DNA of 64,000 nt from Lepidodermella squamata (lineage: Eukaryota > Animalia > Gastrotricha). Each line of letters opens with the position of its first letter. Within the stretch, counting starts at the first letter, position 1. The notes beneath the pieces were generated by a model. That model had not been told where the DNA came from. It was given only the letters and a program-made list of their open reading frames with translations, and made no database searches. This document shows positions 1 through 12,080 of the stretch, in pieces. The stretch is taken from the NCBI GenBank assembly GCA_047495785.1, contig JBLDXI010000038.1:124001-188000 (forward strand). The letters run 5' to 3'. The translations under genes were made by a program, and so were the position numbers.

Positions 1-69
1 CTGCGAATATACCACGGTCTAAAAGCGTACATATTCGACCGAGCTAACTGTATTGCGAACTATTGTATC

Positions 70-1436
70 ATGGCAACTAGTCGCGAAATGTTCTCCAGTG
101 ACGAAAGTAGCAGTCATAGTAGCAGAGAAATATCAGACGACGATGATCAGGAGGGCCGAGGCACCGACGAAGAGGAGGTTGGCATGCGGCCTGACGAACC
201 GGTATTCAGGTGGTGGGAGGACTGCAGCTTGTATACAGTATATAAATCAGATAGAAAACAGTGCTTTCAATATCAAGTTTTATATTCTATGCAGATGAGC
301 GATTTTGACACCCCCGAATCTGCGCTTGGTGCTTTGAAGAAGCTCAACTTTCCAGCATCGGCTGCTACGATTCTTCTTGGAACCGCAACGGTTGGAAATC
401 GGAGTTTGAACGAGCGGAAGCTTGTCAAATTGCTACGCGAATTCACCAAGTAAAATAAATTTCAGAATTTAAGGAGGATGAGATGATAGCTAGCTAAAAT
501 TCCATTATTATTTAATTCATCAGAAATGTGTTGACTGCGACCGAAGACGACAAAAAGAAGCTGAAAACGCAGCTTCTCACGCGACGCTGTCGCGGAAACT
601 TTTGGACTGCACTCCGACAGCTGTTTCCAAATATTTCACTTGATACGGTACTAAAACGCAAAAATCTTTGTTAGCCAGTACTTTATAATAATGTGTTAAA
701 TTGGTATTCAGAAAAGGCTCAGAAGTCGCATTGGCAATGCTGCTAGGCAATCTCGGCATTTCAGGAAATCCAATAAGGTGCAGTTCAATCGAACAACCTG
801 CAAGGTTCGTCAGATTTTTTGTAATCTTTATTTTATAGTACCAACTGTTTTATAGCGCTCAAATAACTGCTACAAAGGTGAGGAATCAAATGGAGGATCA
901 AATGTGGCATTATAATCGATTACTTTTTATATAGACGACTCGAACAACGAAGTTCCGAAAAAAGCTATGCGATTGGCAGCTGCAGACACCATCGCCTCCC
1001 AGGACAAAGAGCTGACTGATTCGATATGGGACGATATTTTCATTGACACCAATGAATTAACGGGTTCGCTGTTGGCTGATGATGACCATCCAATCGTTGA
1101 GCTCGCCGATGGGATTAGCCGTGAAGCTCCCACGGTGGATTTAACGCGCCTCAAGGTAAGTCCGTGTATCATCGTCAATATAATGATTTCATAATGTTGT
1201 TTTTGGCCAAGATTCCATCCGGTTATCAGCTGATAATATCCGAAGACAATGAGGTTTTAGGTCTCCTGCCGATGGCCATCTCATCAAGTCTCTGCCAGCC
1301 TGAACCTCGACCCTCGACTTCCAACGATGCATCATCTAAATGCTCTTCAATGGCTGAAGATATAATATCAAAACCTGCGTCGCCCAATCTTCTCCCACAC
1401 GACCTTGAGTCAAAATCGAAACCCAGTGTCAAATGA
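70..1436 (+). CDS. Multi-exon protein of unknown function (acidic N-terminus, basic helical middle, Ser/Pro-rich tail)
   Basis: ORF pieces 70-~449, ~524-646, ~712-803, micro-exon ~857-878, ~935-1155 and ~1213-1436 are joined by short GT-AG introns. No family recognised. Confidence 0.55.
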
Positions 1437-1786
1437 GAAGACATTTCATTTCGGCGGAAAATTACTCAAGGTCGATTCCGCTCAATCTCCAAGCTCTTTT
1501 ACTTTGCTCTATTACGCACCTCAAGCCAATTAATCCTTTTTTGCTGGTTTTAATTTGTTCCGTTTTCCATCATTTCTCAATGTTCCGTCCGAATAAAATT
1601 GCGTCTTGTTGCCTATATTTTACCGATATTTTGGAGCATATCGGTACTTAAATAAGTCGTAGAAAAGTTGATCCAAAATGGGTGTAATTACAGTTAAAAG
1701 TGACTCATCTCTGCCCGTATATACAGGGTCCTTGTTTTTATTATATTTAAGCTATAAATAAGCAAAAAATGGAGGCATTGCTTATC

Positions 1787-4171
1787 TCAGTCAGAGATTG
1801 ACACGGTAGCTAGGATCGCATCACTACTTTCAGGGATTGCAGGGGTGTTTTTCAACGAGGTCGGCGATGATTCATTCGCGTTGGCTACTCGAGATCGGAT
1901 CGAAAAATGAAGCAGTGAACGGAAACCATTCTCACGAACAGTAGAGTCGTCAGGCGTCAAAATTTGTATCACCTGACGAGTCATTGGAGCAATAATGTCC
2001 TTTGTTACTACAGCACCTCGAACTTCGGCTTTAAGGCCAGTTGAACCACTCGCGTCTAGTTCGATGTATTGCCATTTTGTTCGGCTTGCATTTTCCGCAA
2101 CAACAACATAAGACCCGGCGATTTGTGAGCATTTGTAAAGGAACAAAGTGTCAGATAGGACGGATTTTTTGCCATGAGCCACAGTGAGTTGAATCAAAGC
2201 TTTACCTAAGAAATTACTCGGAACCGTCAATGTCTCAGCGAAAATCGGCCGTTGACTGTGCACTGAGAGTGCGTAGAGGTCTTCTTTTTGGTTGAAAGCT
2301 GCCTTGAAACTGATAGCAATGACTGCATACTGGCGTTCTGGTAGTAGAAACTCGCCAGCCTGCACAAAGGACCGACCAAATGACCAGTCACTATCGGATG
2401 ATCCAATTATATCAGTTGGAATGATATCAGCCTCTCGCCCAGTTGGGCTATCAACAGCACACACGACAATCGTCAAATCTAATGGGTGACGTTCTGATGC
2501 TTTCTTACTCCTGAGCCCAATTTGATGCAGCATCAAGTCGATTGTAGTCGGCTCAACAATTGTCAAGAGTGTTATCAGGCAGGATTTGGCTGGTTTTCGG
2601 TAAAATGGCGCCGTAAATCTAGCCTCCTGCCAGCTGGGACGTAATTTACAAACGTCAATTGCGCAGAAATAGGTTAGGAAGTCGCGGAAATCAATCCAGA
2701 AAATTCCGTCACTCTGCTGGTCATGCCTCAATTTGACATTCGCCGGGCAATGAGATTGCCACCTAGACGATGAATCATGCCACGCCCCTTTCCAATCACT
2801 TTTACCCCAAGGGTTGCGAAGGCTTAACAGGCGTAAGTTCCTCCCCATTGAATCTAAGCCTGAGTGGAGCTGGAGGACTGAATAGACATGGAAAGATACT
2901 AGTCCGATCTTTTCATACTGCTTCGGATTATCACCCGGCCGGCCACAGGTTGCTCCGATTAAGAACTCGGATTCTATGCAGGAGACCAGCTTAGCCCACA
3001 ACTCGTCTATTTCCTCCGTATTCGCTACATTTTCCAATTTAGGAAGAGAAATGGACTCGACAGGTTCCCCGGTAAGGGTCGAAAGGCCCTCTCGTGGATT
3101 ACCGCTCACCAAAGCTTCATAGCAACCGTAAGCCTTCGCGAGGGCTTTTTCAATCAAGGGCACCCACAACTGATTTTTCGAGGCTCGCGAGAACAGCAAA
3201 TGGTCGTTGAACATAGGGAACTTATCGTCGACCAAGACGACCTTCCACCTGCCGTCGATACACAATCTCAGGGCGTAAGAACCAGTTGGTTGAAAGTCAG
3301 GGGTAATGACGATTTGTTGAAGGGGCAGCTTATGAAGCACAATCAAGGACATTGCGGCAATAAACCAGCAGTTTCCAAGCGTTCCCTGAATAAATAATCA
3401 TTTTTTCATTATAATTTATATTGAAAATTGAAGAATAACCTGGCAAATGTCCAAGGGACTGGTGTCTTCTCTGTAAACACACCAGCAGTTGTTGTCTGAG
3501 CTGGAAGATTGATTCTGAAGCCATTGCCACATGGAAACATTATCATGCTGACTCCGCTTAGCCATGTCTTTCGAATACGGCCTGGTCCATGTTACTTTCG
3601 CCTGGGTAAACTCGGGATTCTTCTTGACGATATCAGCAAACATTTCGGACAGTTCGTTCGGGTTGTAAAGGATTGATCGAAGTGAATGGTTGAATGAAGG
3701 ATCTCTCCAAGGTGTCTTCTCGGATGACTGAGTCATAGTTATCTCACGCCATCTATCCAGCGCCCGCATAAGGTCGTTGTCGTAATCTTCAACAGTTTTT
3801 GTCATTGATTTGATGCGGACTATAGTCGATCCCATTTCGATTGATGGCCGGGGAGCGATGGTCCCCATCATCAAATCATCATAACTAACTCTACGCCCGG
3901 CATTTCGAGGAACCTCGGGCTGGTTATTCTGCTTCTTCGGCTGCTTGTTACTGTCTGAAGCATGCTTGTACCATGTTTTCAGCGTTTGAACCGACGGCAA
4001 GGGCCTGAGAGGCTCCTTACCTTGAAGCCTTAAAGAATCAAAGGCTGCGACTAAATCCTCTTGAACACTAGCAAAAGTCGCCCCTAGCTTGCATCTGATT
4101 TTGATATAGGCCTGAACATCTTGCCAAGTAATGGAATCCTCTGCATCAGAACTAATCTCCTTCTCATCCAT
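1787..4171 (-). CDS. CAPN15: SOL/calpain-15-type cysteine protease (CysPc + SOH domain) with an atypical N-terminus
   Basis: Two exons with a 54-nt intron at 3386-3439. Splicing restores the catalytic DICQ|GTLGNCWF. Catalytic His (FHVYSV) and Asn (LRNPWG) are present. The C-terminal VVAEN...RG...TKDIIAPMTRQVIQILT matches the SOL-homology domain. Confidence 0.88.
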
Positions 4172-4269
4172 TTTGCTAATGCTGCAAATGGTGACAAGTC
4201 TTTATTAGGGCAACAGCAAAATGTTATCTAATCTTGACAAGAATTATGTTGATAAGCAAAGCTGATATT

Positions 4270-4965
4270 TTATTCATTCATGCACGAAACAGATATTTTC
4301 AACACAGAATCTTTGAAATTTATGGAGACGATAGCGTAGTTGAGCGAGTAAAATTCCTCGGCTATGCGATTGAACCATGGTCGAACATTCGGCCAGATTA
4401 CAAAGCCAACATTCGCGCAAATGAATAGAACTTCGGTAGCGATCAGCAGCAGATAACCGATTTCTTCAAAGTGTTCCTTATCGGTCTCAGTCATAACAGT
4501 TTCATCCATGTCTTTGACTTTTGAAACAAATGCAATGCCAACAGAGCCAGCTAAATCGTCTATCAGGGTTAAACTGCAAAATTTCAGTATGGCCAGCGTG
4601 AGGCAGATGACGGCTAATGTTGCTAAACAGGCTCGTTTTATGAAGGATTTCGCATTTTCCGGAAGGCGCCACTGCGAGATAGGACGCCACTGGCGAATTA
4701 CCACAACTTCAAGGCTAGTTTTACATAATTGGCATGTTGTAGAGTGACCGTGTCGTATTGAAGCGCTGAGGCAGTCGAGATGAAGGTAGGCGACAGATCC
4801 CTTGCAGCTGCAAAAGTTCGTGTAAAGGAAAGGATCGCAGGGCGTTGGGGCTTCGTTAGCTAGGCATATGCGGCACGTCGGTGAGTCATCGGTTGATTCG
4901 AGATTTGAGGCTTCAAAATCAGAACCTGGCTTCATCCCATTCGTAAAATATTTCAAATTGCACAT
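4270..4965 (-). CDS. RING-CH (RINGv) E3 ubiquitin ligase, MARCH-type, two TM helices, intronless
   Basis: CRIC...CSCKGS..LHLDC...CQLC (C4HC3) followed by two hydrophobic segments. Confidence 0.85.
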   Translation of the reverse strand: MCNLKYFTNGMKPGSDFEASNLESTDDSPTCRICLANEAPTPCDPFLYTNFCSCKGSVAYLHLDCLSASIRHGHSTTCQLCKTSLEVVVIRQWRPISQWRLPENAKSFIKRACLATLAVICLTLAILKFCSLTLIDDLAGSVGIAFVSKVKDMDETVMTETDKEHFEEIGYLLLIATEVLFICANVGFVIWPNVRPWFNRIAEEFYSLNYAIVSINFKDSVLKISVSCMNE

Positions 4966-5317
4966 CGTAGTTTCACAACTAATATAAGACGTGGGTAAAT
5001 AATGGACACAGGTGTGTCACCAGCCGCGCCATCTGAAAATTACAGCTGACCGTAGAATGAAAGTTTTTGAAGGCAACATGTAGATACGAGCCAAATATGC
5101 ACTTAACGAGAGATCTCAGAACTAATCCGCGTAATTTGCGCTTTTCTCCGCTACTGATCAGCTAACTCTGCGATATCGAAATCCTCCTTAAAAAAATATG
5201 ATTATTGTTGAAAAATGAGCTGCACAATGACTGTGTACTGATCGCATAATAGCCTTTTGCATAAAAATCAATAAATAAATCCACATTGTATTTTTTGAGG
5301 ATCACAGAAGGCACATA

Positions 5318-5494
5318 CAGGGTGGCCAGAAAATTTCTCAGAGCGGGAATTCGCTGTGCATCGATTTAATGAGGAGTTTTAAGTTGAAGAATTTCAAGCA
5401 TTCTTTTGTCAATGGAACTCCTCAATTTCTTGAAACTCCTCATTAAAATGATGCGCAGCGAATTCCCGCTCTGAGGAATTTTTTTGCCACCCTG
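5318..5494. mobile_element. Tc1/mariner-type MITE (177 bp fold-back) with TA target duplication
   Basis: TA|CAGGGTGG...CCACCCTG|TA. Near-perfect inverted arms over ~70 bp (ctcagagcgggaattcgctg / cagcgaattcccgctctgag; ttaatgaggagttt / aaactcctcattaa). Confidence 0.85.
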
Positions 5495-5525
5495 TATATC
5501 ATTCCCAAGGTTCCGTTATTGAGAT

Positions 5526-6179
5526 TCAAAGCGTAGATTTGCATGGAGATTCTTGCTCTGAGCCATCAAGAGACAGTTCGTCCGAAAACTTGATCTCAAC
5601 TACAGGCGGCTGTTTGAATTTCAGAGAAGCTACGTACATGTTCATCCACATGAATTCGTTCCAAATGATGACCAGCTCCGGCCAAAGAATCGGCATTATT
5701 TTTCGCAGGAATATGTATAGGCTAACAAGAAGCAGAAGCATTGAAATCACGGTGGTGCCGATCGCCCTGTATTTTTCAATCTCATCCGTGTCGTAATCGT
5801 AATAACGCCCCGCAATATTGTAGCCGAGAACGAGCGACAAAGTGTTAAGAGCTGGTCGACCAGTAAAAACGATCGGGATAGCAGAAAAACTGATCAGCAG
5901 GGCCGTAAGAAATCGGGCGATTAGAAATTTCGCAACCGCGGGAATGCGCCATCTGAAAAATGGCTTCAACCTCAAGTCAACGACTGCTTGATAGTTGGCT
6001 AAACACAGCTGGCAGGCGAGTGAGTTGCCATGGATCAGTGACTTGGAAAAGCAGGACATGTGGATGAAGCCTATTGTACCCTTGCAGTTGCAGAAGTTGG
6101 TGAACAGCGGCTCATCTTCGCGAAATAAACAAATTCGACAGTGAGCGCTTCTCAACAAGTCGCTATCACTTGAACTCAT
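5526..6179 (-). CDS. Second RING-CH (RINGv) MARCH-type E3 ligase, tandem paralog, intronless
   Basis: CRIC...CNCKGT..IHMSC...CQLC, WRIP motif shared with the 4270-4965 paralog, two TM segments. Confidence 0.85.
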   Translation of the reverse strand: MSSSDSDLLRSAHCRICLFREDEPLFTNFCNCKGTIGFIHMSCFSKSLIHGNSLACQLCLANYQAVVDLRLKPFFRWRIPAVAKFLIARFLTALLISFSAIPIVFTGRPALNTLSLVLGYNIAGRYYDYDTDEIEKYRAIGTTVISMLLLLVSLYIFLRKIMPILWPELVIIWNEFMWMNMYVASLKFKQPPVVEIKFSDELSLDGSEQESPCKSTL

Positions 6180-6684
6180 GAAGTGCGATTCGTATGCAAA
6201 AATAGTAGCTTTTTGATTTTAGCTTCAATATTTCAGCAGTGAAGTACTTGCAAGTCGTAAATGTGAGAGAATTATTGATCGCCCACCGTGCCACGCGGTG
6301 GATAGTGAAAAATATTAAATCATTAATAATTCAGGCATTTCAGGTATATCTCGATCTGTAAACTTCAAATTGCCTCATCGCGAATTTGCAAAAAAACTTG
6401 TAAAATAATGACATCGTTTTATTATTGACCCAATTAATTTGAAGTGCAATTAATAATGAATTATTCATGCTGGCATCAGTTTGGATGAATGTCAAGCATC
6501 ATCACTCATTTTCCCTAATACCATGGAACATCGCAGGAAGAGGCGTGGGAGGTCTCAGACCTGAACCGAATAGATACTCCCATCTGCCTGATAAAGATTG
6601 TACTAACTTGTGTACACGAGATAACGGAAATATAGACTGAAAGACTGAGACGTATCAACAAAAAGCAGAAACCAAATTGTAATA

Positions 6685-7763
6685 ATGTTCTGTCTTATTT
6701 ATATTGTACTTGCATTTTCCGGATGTAGTTTAGCCCAGGACTGGAATTACTATGGTATACCTGTCTTCATTGCCTTCTTCACAAAATATCGGAATTATTT
6801 TTATTGAAAATCAGATTTGAATAACTGGGCTAAAGTAGCGCCAGCTTGTGGAGAAGGAAAAAGCCAGTCACCAATTGATATTAACCCAGAAGTTGCGTCA
6901 TTCACCGACGAATTACTTTCCAAGCCATTACAACTCGACAACCAACTCGTGCAAGTTTGTGGCTCGATGGAAAACAGCGGCAATGGTATTGTGTGGCGAC
7001 GCGACTCAAACGCGGACAAAGCGCCGAAAATGTCTGGGGCCATGTTGTCAGACACCTTCATCCTCGATTCGTTGCACTTCCATTGGGGAGACAAAGACGA
7101 TAATGGGCAGTGCTTCGGCTCTGAACACCTCATAGACTACAAACCTGCACCGCTCGAAGCTCATTTCGTCCACTACAACAGCAAGTATGCGTCGTTGAAT
7201 GAAGCTAGGGATCATCCCGATGGCCTCGCTGTGCTTGGTCTGATATTTCAAATTGTCCCTGATACACCAAAGCCAAGTTATGACTACTCAATTCTAACCA
7301 ATAATTTACACCTGCTAACCATGCCGAGTTCTACAGGTGAGTTCCGAAGCTTTTTTGCCGCTTTTAAAGTCGAATTTTTTCAGTTGAAAAAGTATGTTTC
7401 CAAGCCGGGCAATTAGTTCCGTTTTCCGATCTAATGAATGGTCATATGACGTACTATCGATATCAAGGGTCTCTAACGACGCCAGGTTGTAACGAAAACG
7501 TATCTTGGCTTGTCGCTAGGGACAGGCTAGGCGTCACTCGTGATCAGTTGAACAAGTTTCGAGACGGCTCGCTGAAAAGCGTTGCGAAGTCCAAAGTTGC
7601 CCCTTTTGAAAATCTACCGCTGGTCAACACATTTCGGCCTATCCAACGCCGAAATTCTCGGGCAATCTACACAAATGACAAACCTTTTTCTTCTTCTTCT
7701 GCAAAGCTTTCATTTAGCTGCATTTTGCTGTTTATTGCTGCTATCAACGCTATTCTCGCTTGA
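6685..7763 (+). CDS. Alpha carbonic anhydrase, secreted/GPI-anchored type
   Basis: Signal peptide MFCLIYIVLAFSGCSLAQDWNY; QSPIDI; Zn ligands in LHFHWG and EAHFVH; GSEH; YQGSLTTPGC; hydrophobic C-terminal tail. Introns at ~6755-6814 and ~7337-7383. Confidence 0.92.
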
Positions 7764-7770
7764 AGTTAAT

Positions 7771-9408
7771 TTAGGCAAATGGAAGGTTTTCAATAAATCT
7801 GTAAATAAGGTCAAATGCCTGAAGTGGCTTATCGTATGGAACAGCGTGACTAGCATCGCGAACAACTGCGAAAGTAAGATTCCGGGCTTTGGTGACGTAG
7901 CCGCTGACGTCGTTGCTGTCAGACAGCAAATGCGGTAGGCTAACGCCCGTCCAGACAGTTCGATTAGCGGCTGCTGCTAGAAAGTCCGCTTTACCAGGCC
8001 AGTTTAGTCGTCGCAAAAACGTATCTGTAGCCGGCGTCGGGACAATCATGTCTTTCATACCGCTGAAATACAAAACTTTGACCTGGCTCGAGTTGAGCAT
8101 TTCTTCGACAAGAGGTCGAACACTTTGCGGAACGTCGTCTACCAGGTACTGTTTAACAACCAAATTCAGATGGGTGAATGTTTGATTCCCGACGTGCAGT
8201 TTTAAACGAGTATCGTCCGACGTAACGACGGGTACCCAGCTAGACCAAGATGGAGGCTCAGACTGGAAATTCAAATAAAAATATTTTGAATAAGACTTCG
8301 AATTAATCACCATACCGGGCACATGTTTACAAAGTCGTAGTATATCAGGCATCCAGAGCTGTTTTGATAAAGACTGGGGTATGGGAACAAAATCCCATGT
8401 AAAATGATCTCGTTGAATATTTCGTAAGCTTGGGTCCATTTTTGTTCGTGGATACTAGAAACGAATGACTGGGAGTAGTTTCGGAATGTGAGAAGCTCAG
8501 GATAACTAGCAAGGCCCAGGTTGTAGAGATGCTCGCCAATTTGCGGAACCATCTGTTCACGAAAGTTTAAAATTGAATTCAAAAGAAAAATACCGGAAAC
8601 ATACCGATTCCGGATCACTAAGGCCGTTTCCAACAATAATACCGTTCAGTTTGATGCCACTGCCACCTTGCCATTCTTTCCAAATCCGGTGGCCAAATGC
8701 TGGGACGTATTTACCGCCATAAGACTCCCCGGCGACGTAGACACCCTGCTGATTAGCGTTAGGAAATACCTGCACGAATTGCTTGAGGAAAATGTACAGG
8801 TGATCAGCGACTTCGTCTTCGTTAGTTCTGTAGTCACTGTCTTGAGTTACGAAGCTGTAACCAGTGCCGACTGGGCTGTCGATGAAAATGACGTTGTAGT
8901 ACATGCTCCATGGCAACTGGTCGCGAATCGTCACCTTAAGATATTATATAGGATTATCATTTGATAAGAGGGAAGAATATAACAGAAGAATCTTCACCTT
9001 GTTCGTCGTTCCATCTATCATGTAAGGTCCGATTTCGACGAATTGGCCGAAAAGGCTCGGCGAGCCAGGCCCGCCTTGCAGCCAAACAATGAGAGGAGTG
9101 TCTTGTTCGTAACGCATCGTTGCCGGGAAATACCAGAAATACAGACTGGCTTGCGTCGTGTCATTTACAGTTATATAACCACTGTGGCTTTTGACATCTT
9201 TCCCGGCGATGAACGGCGGAACTTCGCTATCAACCCTAGCTGAAGACCGGAACAGAGTAGGATATTAAGCCTTGCATTTTTTTATATGCTAACCTTCATC
9301 GAACCTTCCGGCTTTAATCAAAGGCGTGAGAAAGAGTGCCTGTCCAGGGTCTGATTGGACCTCGGACGCAAAGGCACAAAATAAGAGGAGAAATCCTGTT
9401 AAAACCAT
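7771..9408 (-). CDS. CPVL: Serine carboxypeptidase S10, CPVL/vitellogenic-like, copy 1
   Basis: Signal peptide plus ALFLTPLIKAG; WLQGGPGS; FIDSPVGTGYS; catalytic GESYGG, GMKD and DASH; four short introns. Confidence 0.88.
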
Positions 9409-9866
9409 CGTTTCTTGTTCTTATTCGAACAGATAAAGTGAGCATTTTATTCCTCACAGTTGATAAAGCGGGATTATCTTGTCTTTGGGTTCAGATAAGG
9501 TTTATTCTTGTCACAGCATTCAGCATGTAAATATTATTTTCAATGTTTTATTTCTGTTCCAATTTTAGAAATTTGTCGACAAGTATAACTCGATACTCCT
9601 GATTATTGTTCTTGCTCACTTTTGCGTATTAATTTCAGAGCACACGTCAGTAGCAATCGATCAAGCTATTTGAAAAACCAACAAATAATTGCGACCACAC
9701 GACTTCTTACGTATGCAGGCGCAACTCATTTCCAGGTCGACCAGCGCTAACAAAAAATAGCTTTTGCGAAACATACAAACTATTCACTAAAAAACGCAAT
9801 CAACCCGAAACCGTAATAGGAATATGGCCGCTCTAATATAAAAGCACTAGAAATATTTTCGGAGAA

Positions 9867-10513
9867 ATGCTACTTATCAACCTCAAAAACTTTCTGTGCG
9901 GCTGGTGCTTGATCGCAATTCGGACAAGCTTAATCAGTTGCTTGAACTGCTACAAAGGCGCGTTCTACTTCAAATGGTTGATGCCAAATGAAAGTTTAGT
10001 CGCGTCAAGAGGCCATGATTTTTGTTTGGTACTCTTTAAAAATTATTTTTTTTACATCAAATTAATCACGAAATTTTTCAGATAATGAAGCAAAATATGA
10101 CGTCGAATATTGTGCCAGCTTTCGACGGCAGCTGGAGCGTGGCTTACAGCGGTGAAAGCGTACCCGGCCTCAAATGCTCTGAATTTACTAACGGATCGGT
10201 CGCCGACACCGGTGTCATGAATGTCACGGTTACAATGTGCGTTTGTTGCACTGATTTGTGCAACAGTCTCAGCTACAACTGCGGCAACACCAACGTCACA
10301 GCCGCCCTCGCTGGCCCGTCTGCACCCCCGGGTGGTGGAAGAATGGGCAGAGGCTCAATGGGCAACGGCACAAACAGCACTAATGCTACGATGGGCGCCT
10401 CGAGGCAAGGCGATTCCACAGCTGCTCATGTTCACCATGGCAACTCGCTGATCCTGCTGCTGTTGATACACCTAGGCATTTGGACGGCTTTCGAGCGCTT
10501 CATGTCCCTTTGA
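9867..10513 (+). CDS. Ly6/Quiver-like secreted GPI-anchored Cys-rich protein (8-Cys variant), copy A
   Basis: Signal peptide, LNCYKG, intron after FCL, CVCCTDLCNSLSYNC, Gly/Ser spacer and hydrophobic tail. Confidence 0.8.
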
Positions 10514-11470
10514 CCAGCCGCGATTATAAAAGCCTTTCCCCCTGATTATCTAGATCTGCAATAAAACCCGTGTGTGCGCTTATATTTTTTGTGTAGCATA
10601 CCACTGATTTATCTCTTACTACCCTCTGGAAAAAAATAAAAGATCTTACGCTTTGTTTACCTAGAATTTTTTTTTTACCGCGGGCGTTATTGAGCTGTGA
10701 AAATAGTACAATACACAAGGTAGCGGATGCTGTAGTATATTTACCCAGGGTTAGCATTTGCTGTCGAGGAAAGACAAGCGTAAATTAGCATTACCATCTA
10801 TGACAATTACACGGCGCGTCGCGAGTCCCCATCGCCATGTACAGTAGAAATCAATAGTCTCAATTTCCCTGATTGCTAAATCACGGGCTCTTAAATTTAC
10901 TACTATCTTTATTAGTGGTTCCTCTATACTAACTGCCTAAGCAGAGAAGAATACGAACGCGATTCTCGGCGCATCCTGTGAAGCGCATTCTTCACTCTGC
11001 GCGCGTGTGGCCTCGCGTCAGCAATACAGGGTGCCCATGTTAATGGCTTGGTGCATGCGGATCTATCTCTTTCTTTTTGTAGTAAGATGATGTATTTTCG
11101 CATCTCTTATCGCAGTCGGCATAGCAGCCTATATCGTTTAGCAGTGCGCGAGGGGCTCACTCTATTTTAAGGCGTTGAGAAAATACGCGCGCAAGAGTAG
11201 CGCGCCGACATCGTTTGTTGATGCGCGTTGCCTTTTCTACACATCTAGGGCAATAATAATGATAAGCCTAGCGCATCATTGCTTGTTTTCTTAATCGAAA
11301 TAATATTAAGAGCATTACGCCAAATTAAGAACAACAAATTTCTAGAGTAAAAATACATTTCAACGCCTGATGTATGGTACATCATCATCTCTCCAACATG
11401 TGTTATACTAGTAACGCATTCATCTCAAGTTTTGTCTGAATCATCTTACATGTAGGTCTGCTGTACTATT

Positions 11471-11996
11471 ATGTTTTGCCGACTTTGTTTACTGGCAATC
11501 ACCACCGTCTCGGCAATCACCTGTCTCGATTGCTACAAAGGTGCCATTTTCTTAAACTGGATGCTACCCAACGACAAGAACGAGTCAATGACAACTATTT
11601 CACACAAATTATTCTGCTTCGTAAGGCTATAACCCCTATATCTAAAACGGTTTTTCAACTCCATTCCTATAGGTTATGAAGCAAGACGTCTCCTCTGAGA
11701 AAGACAAAGCGTTTAACAACGCCACAAGCCTTCGATACGCTGGCGAAATATCTGGGATGGACGTCTGTTCGGAACATAGGAATGTTACTAAATTGACGAC
11801 TAATGTCGCGAATGTTACTGTAACTCTGTGCACGTGCTGCACCGATTTGTGTAACAACCAGAATTTTACCTGCTGGAATTCAGGCGTAAGTAACGGGCGA
11901 AGTGATATTTTAAGTCCCTTCCTATCACTCATTGTTAGCCTGCCTGTAATACTGCACTTAACAGCTTCACGCTCTAGTAGTTCAAATCAAGTGTGA
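11471..11996 (+). CDS. Ly6/Quiver-like GPI-anchored Cys-rich protein (8-Cys variant), copy B
   Basis: MFCRLCLLAITTVSAITCLDCYKG...FCF|VMKQ...CTCCTDLCNNQNFTC, hydrophobic tail; paralog of 9867-10513. Confidence 0.8.
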
Positions 11997-12080
11997 CCTC
12001 GACATATTTATTACGATAATCTCCGGTTGAATAATTATTAAATGTTTTCTTTTGCATAATAAATTTCGAGGATGATACGT

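Noticed and set aside
10941-11000. Imperfect hairpin gcagag-aagaat...attcttcactctgc as a pre-miRNA
   Set aside because: The stem is short and interrupted, and neither arm matches a conserved miRNA I recognise.
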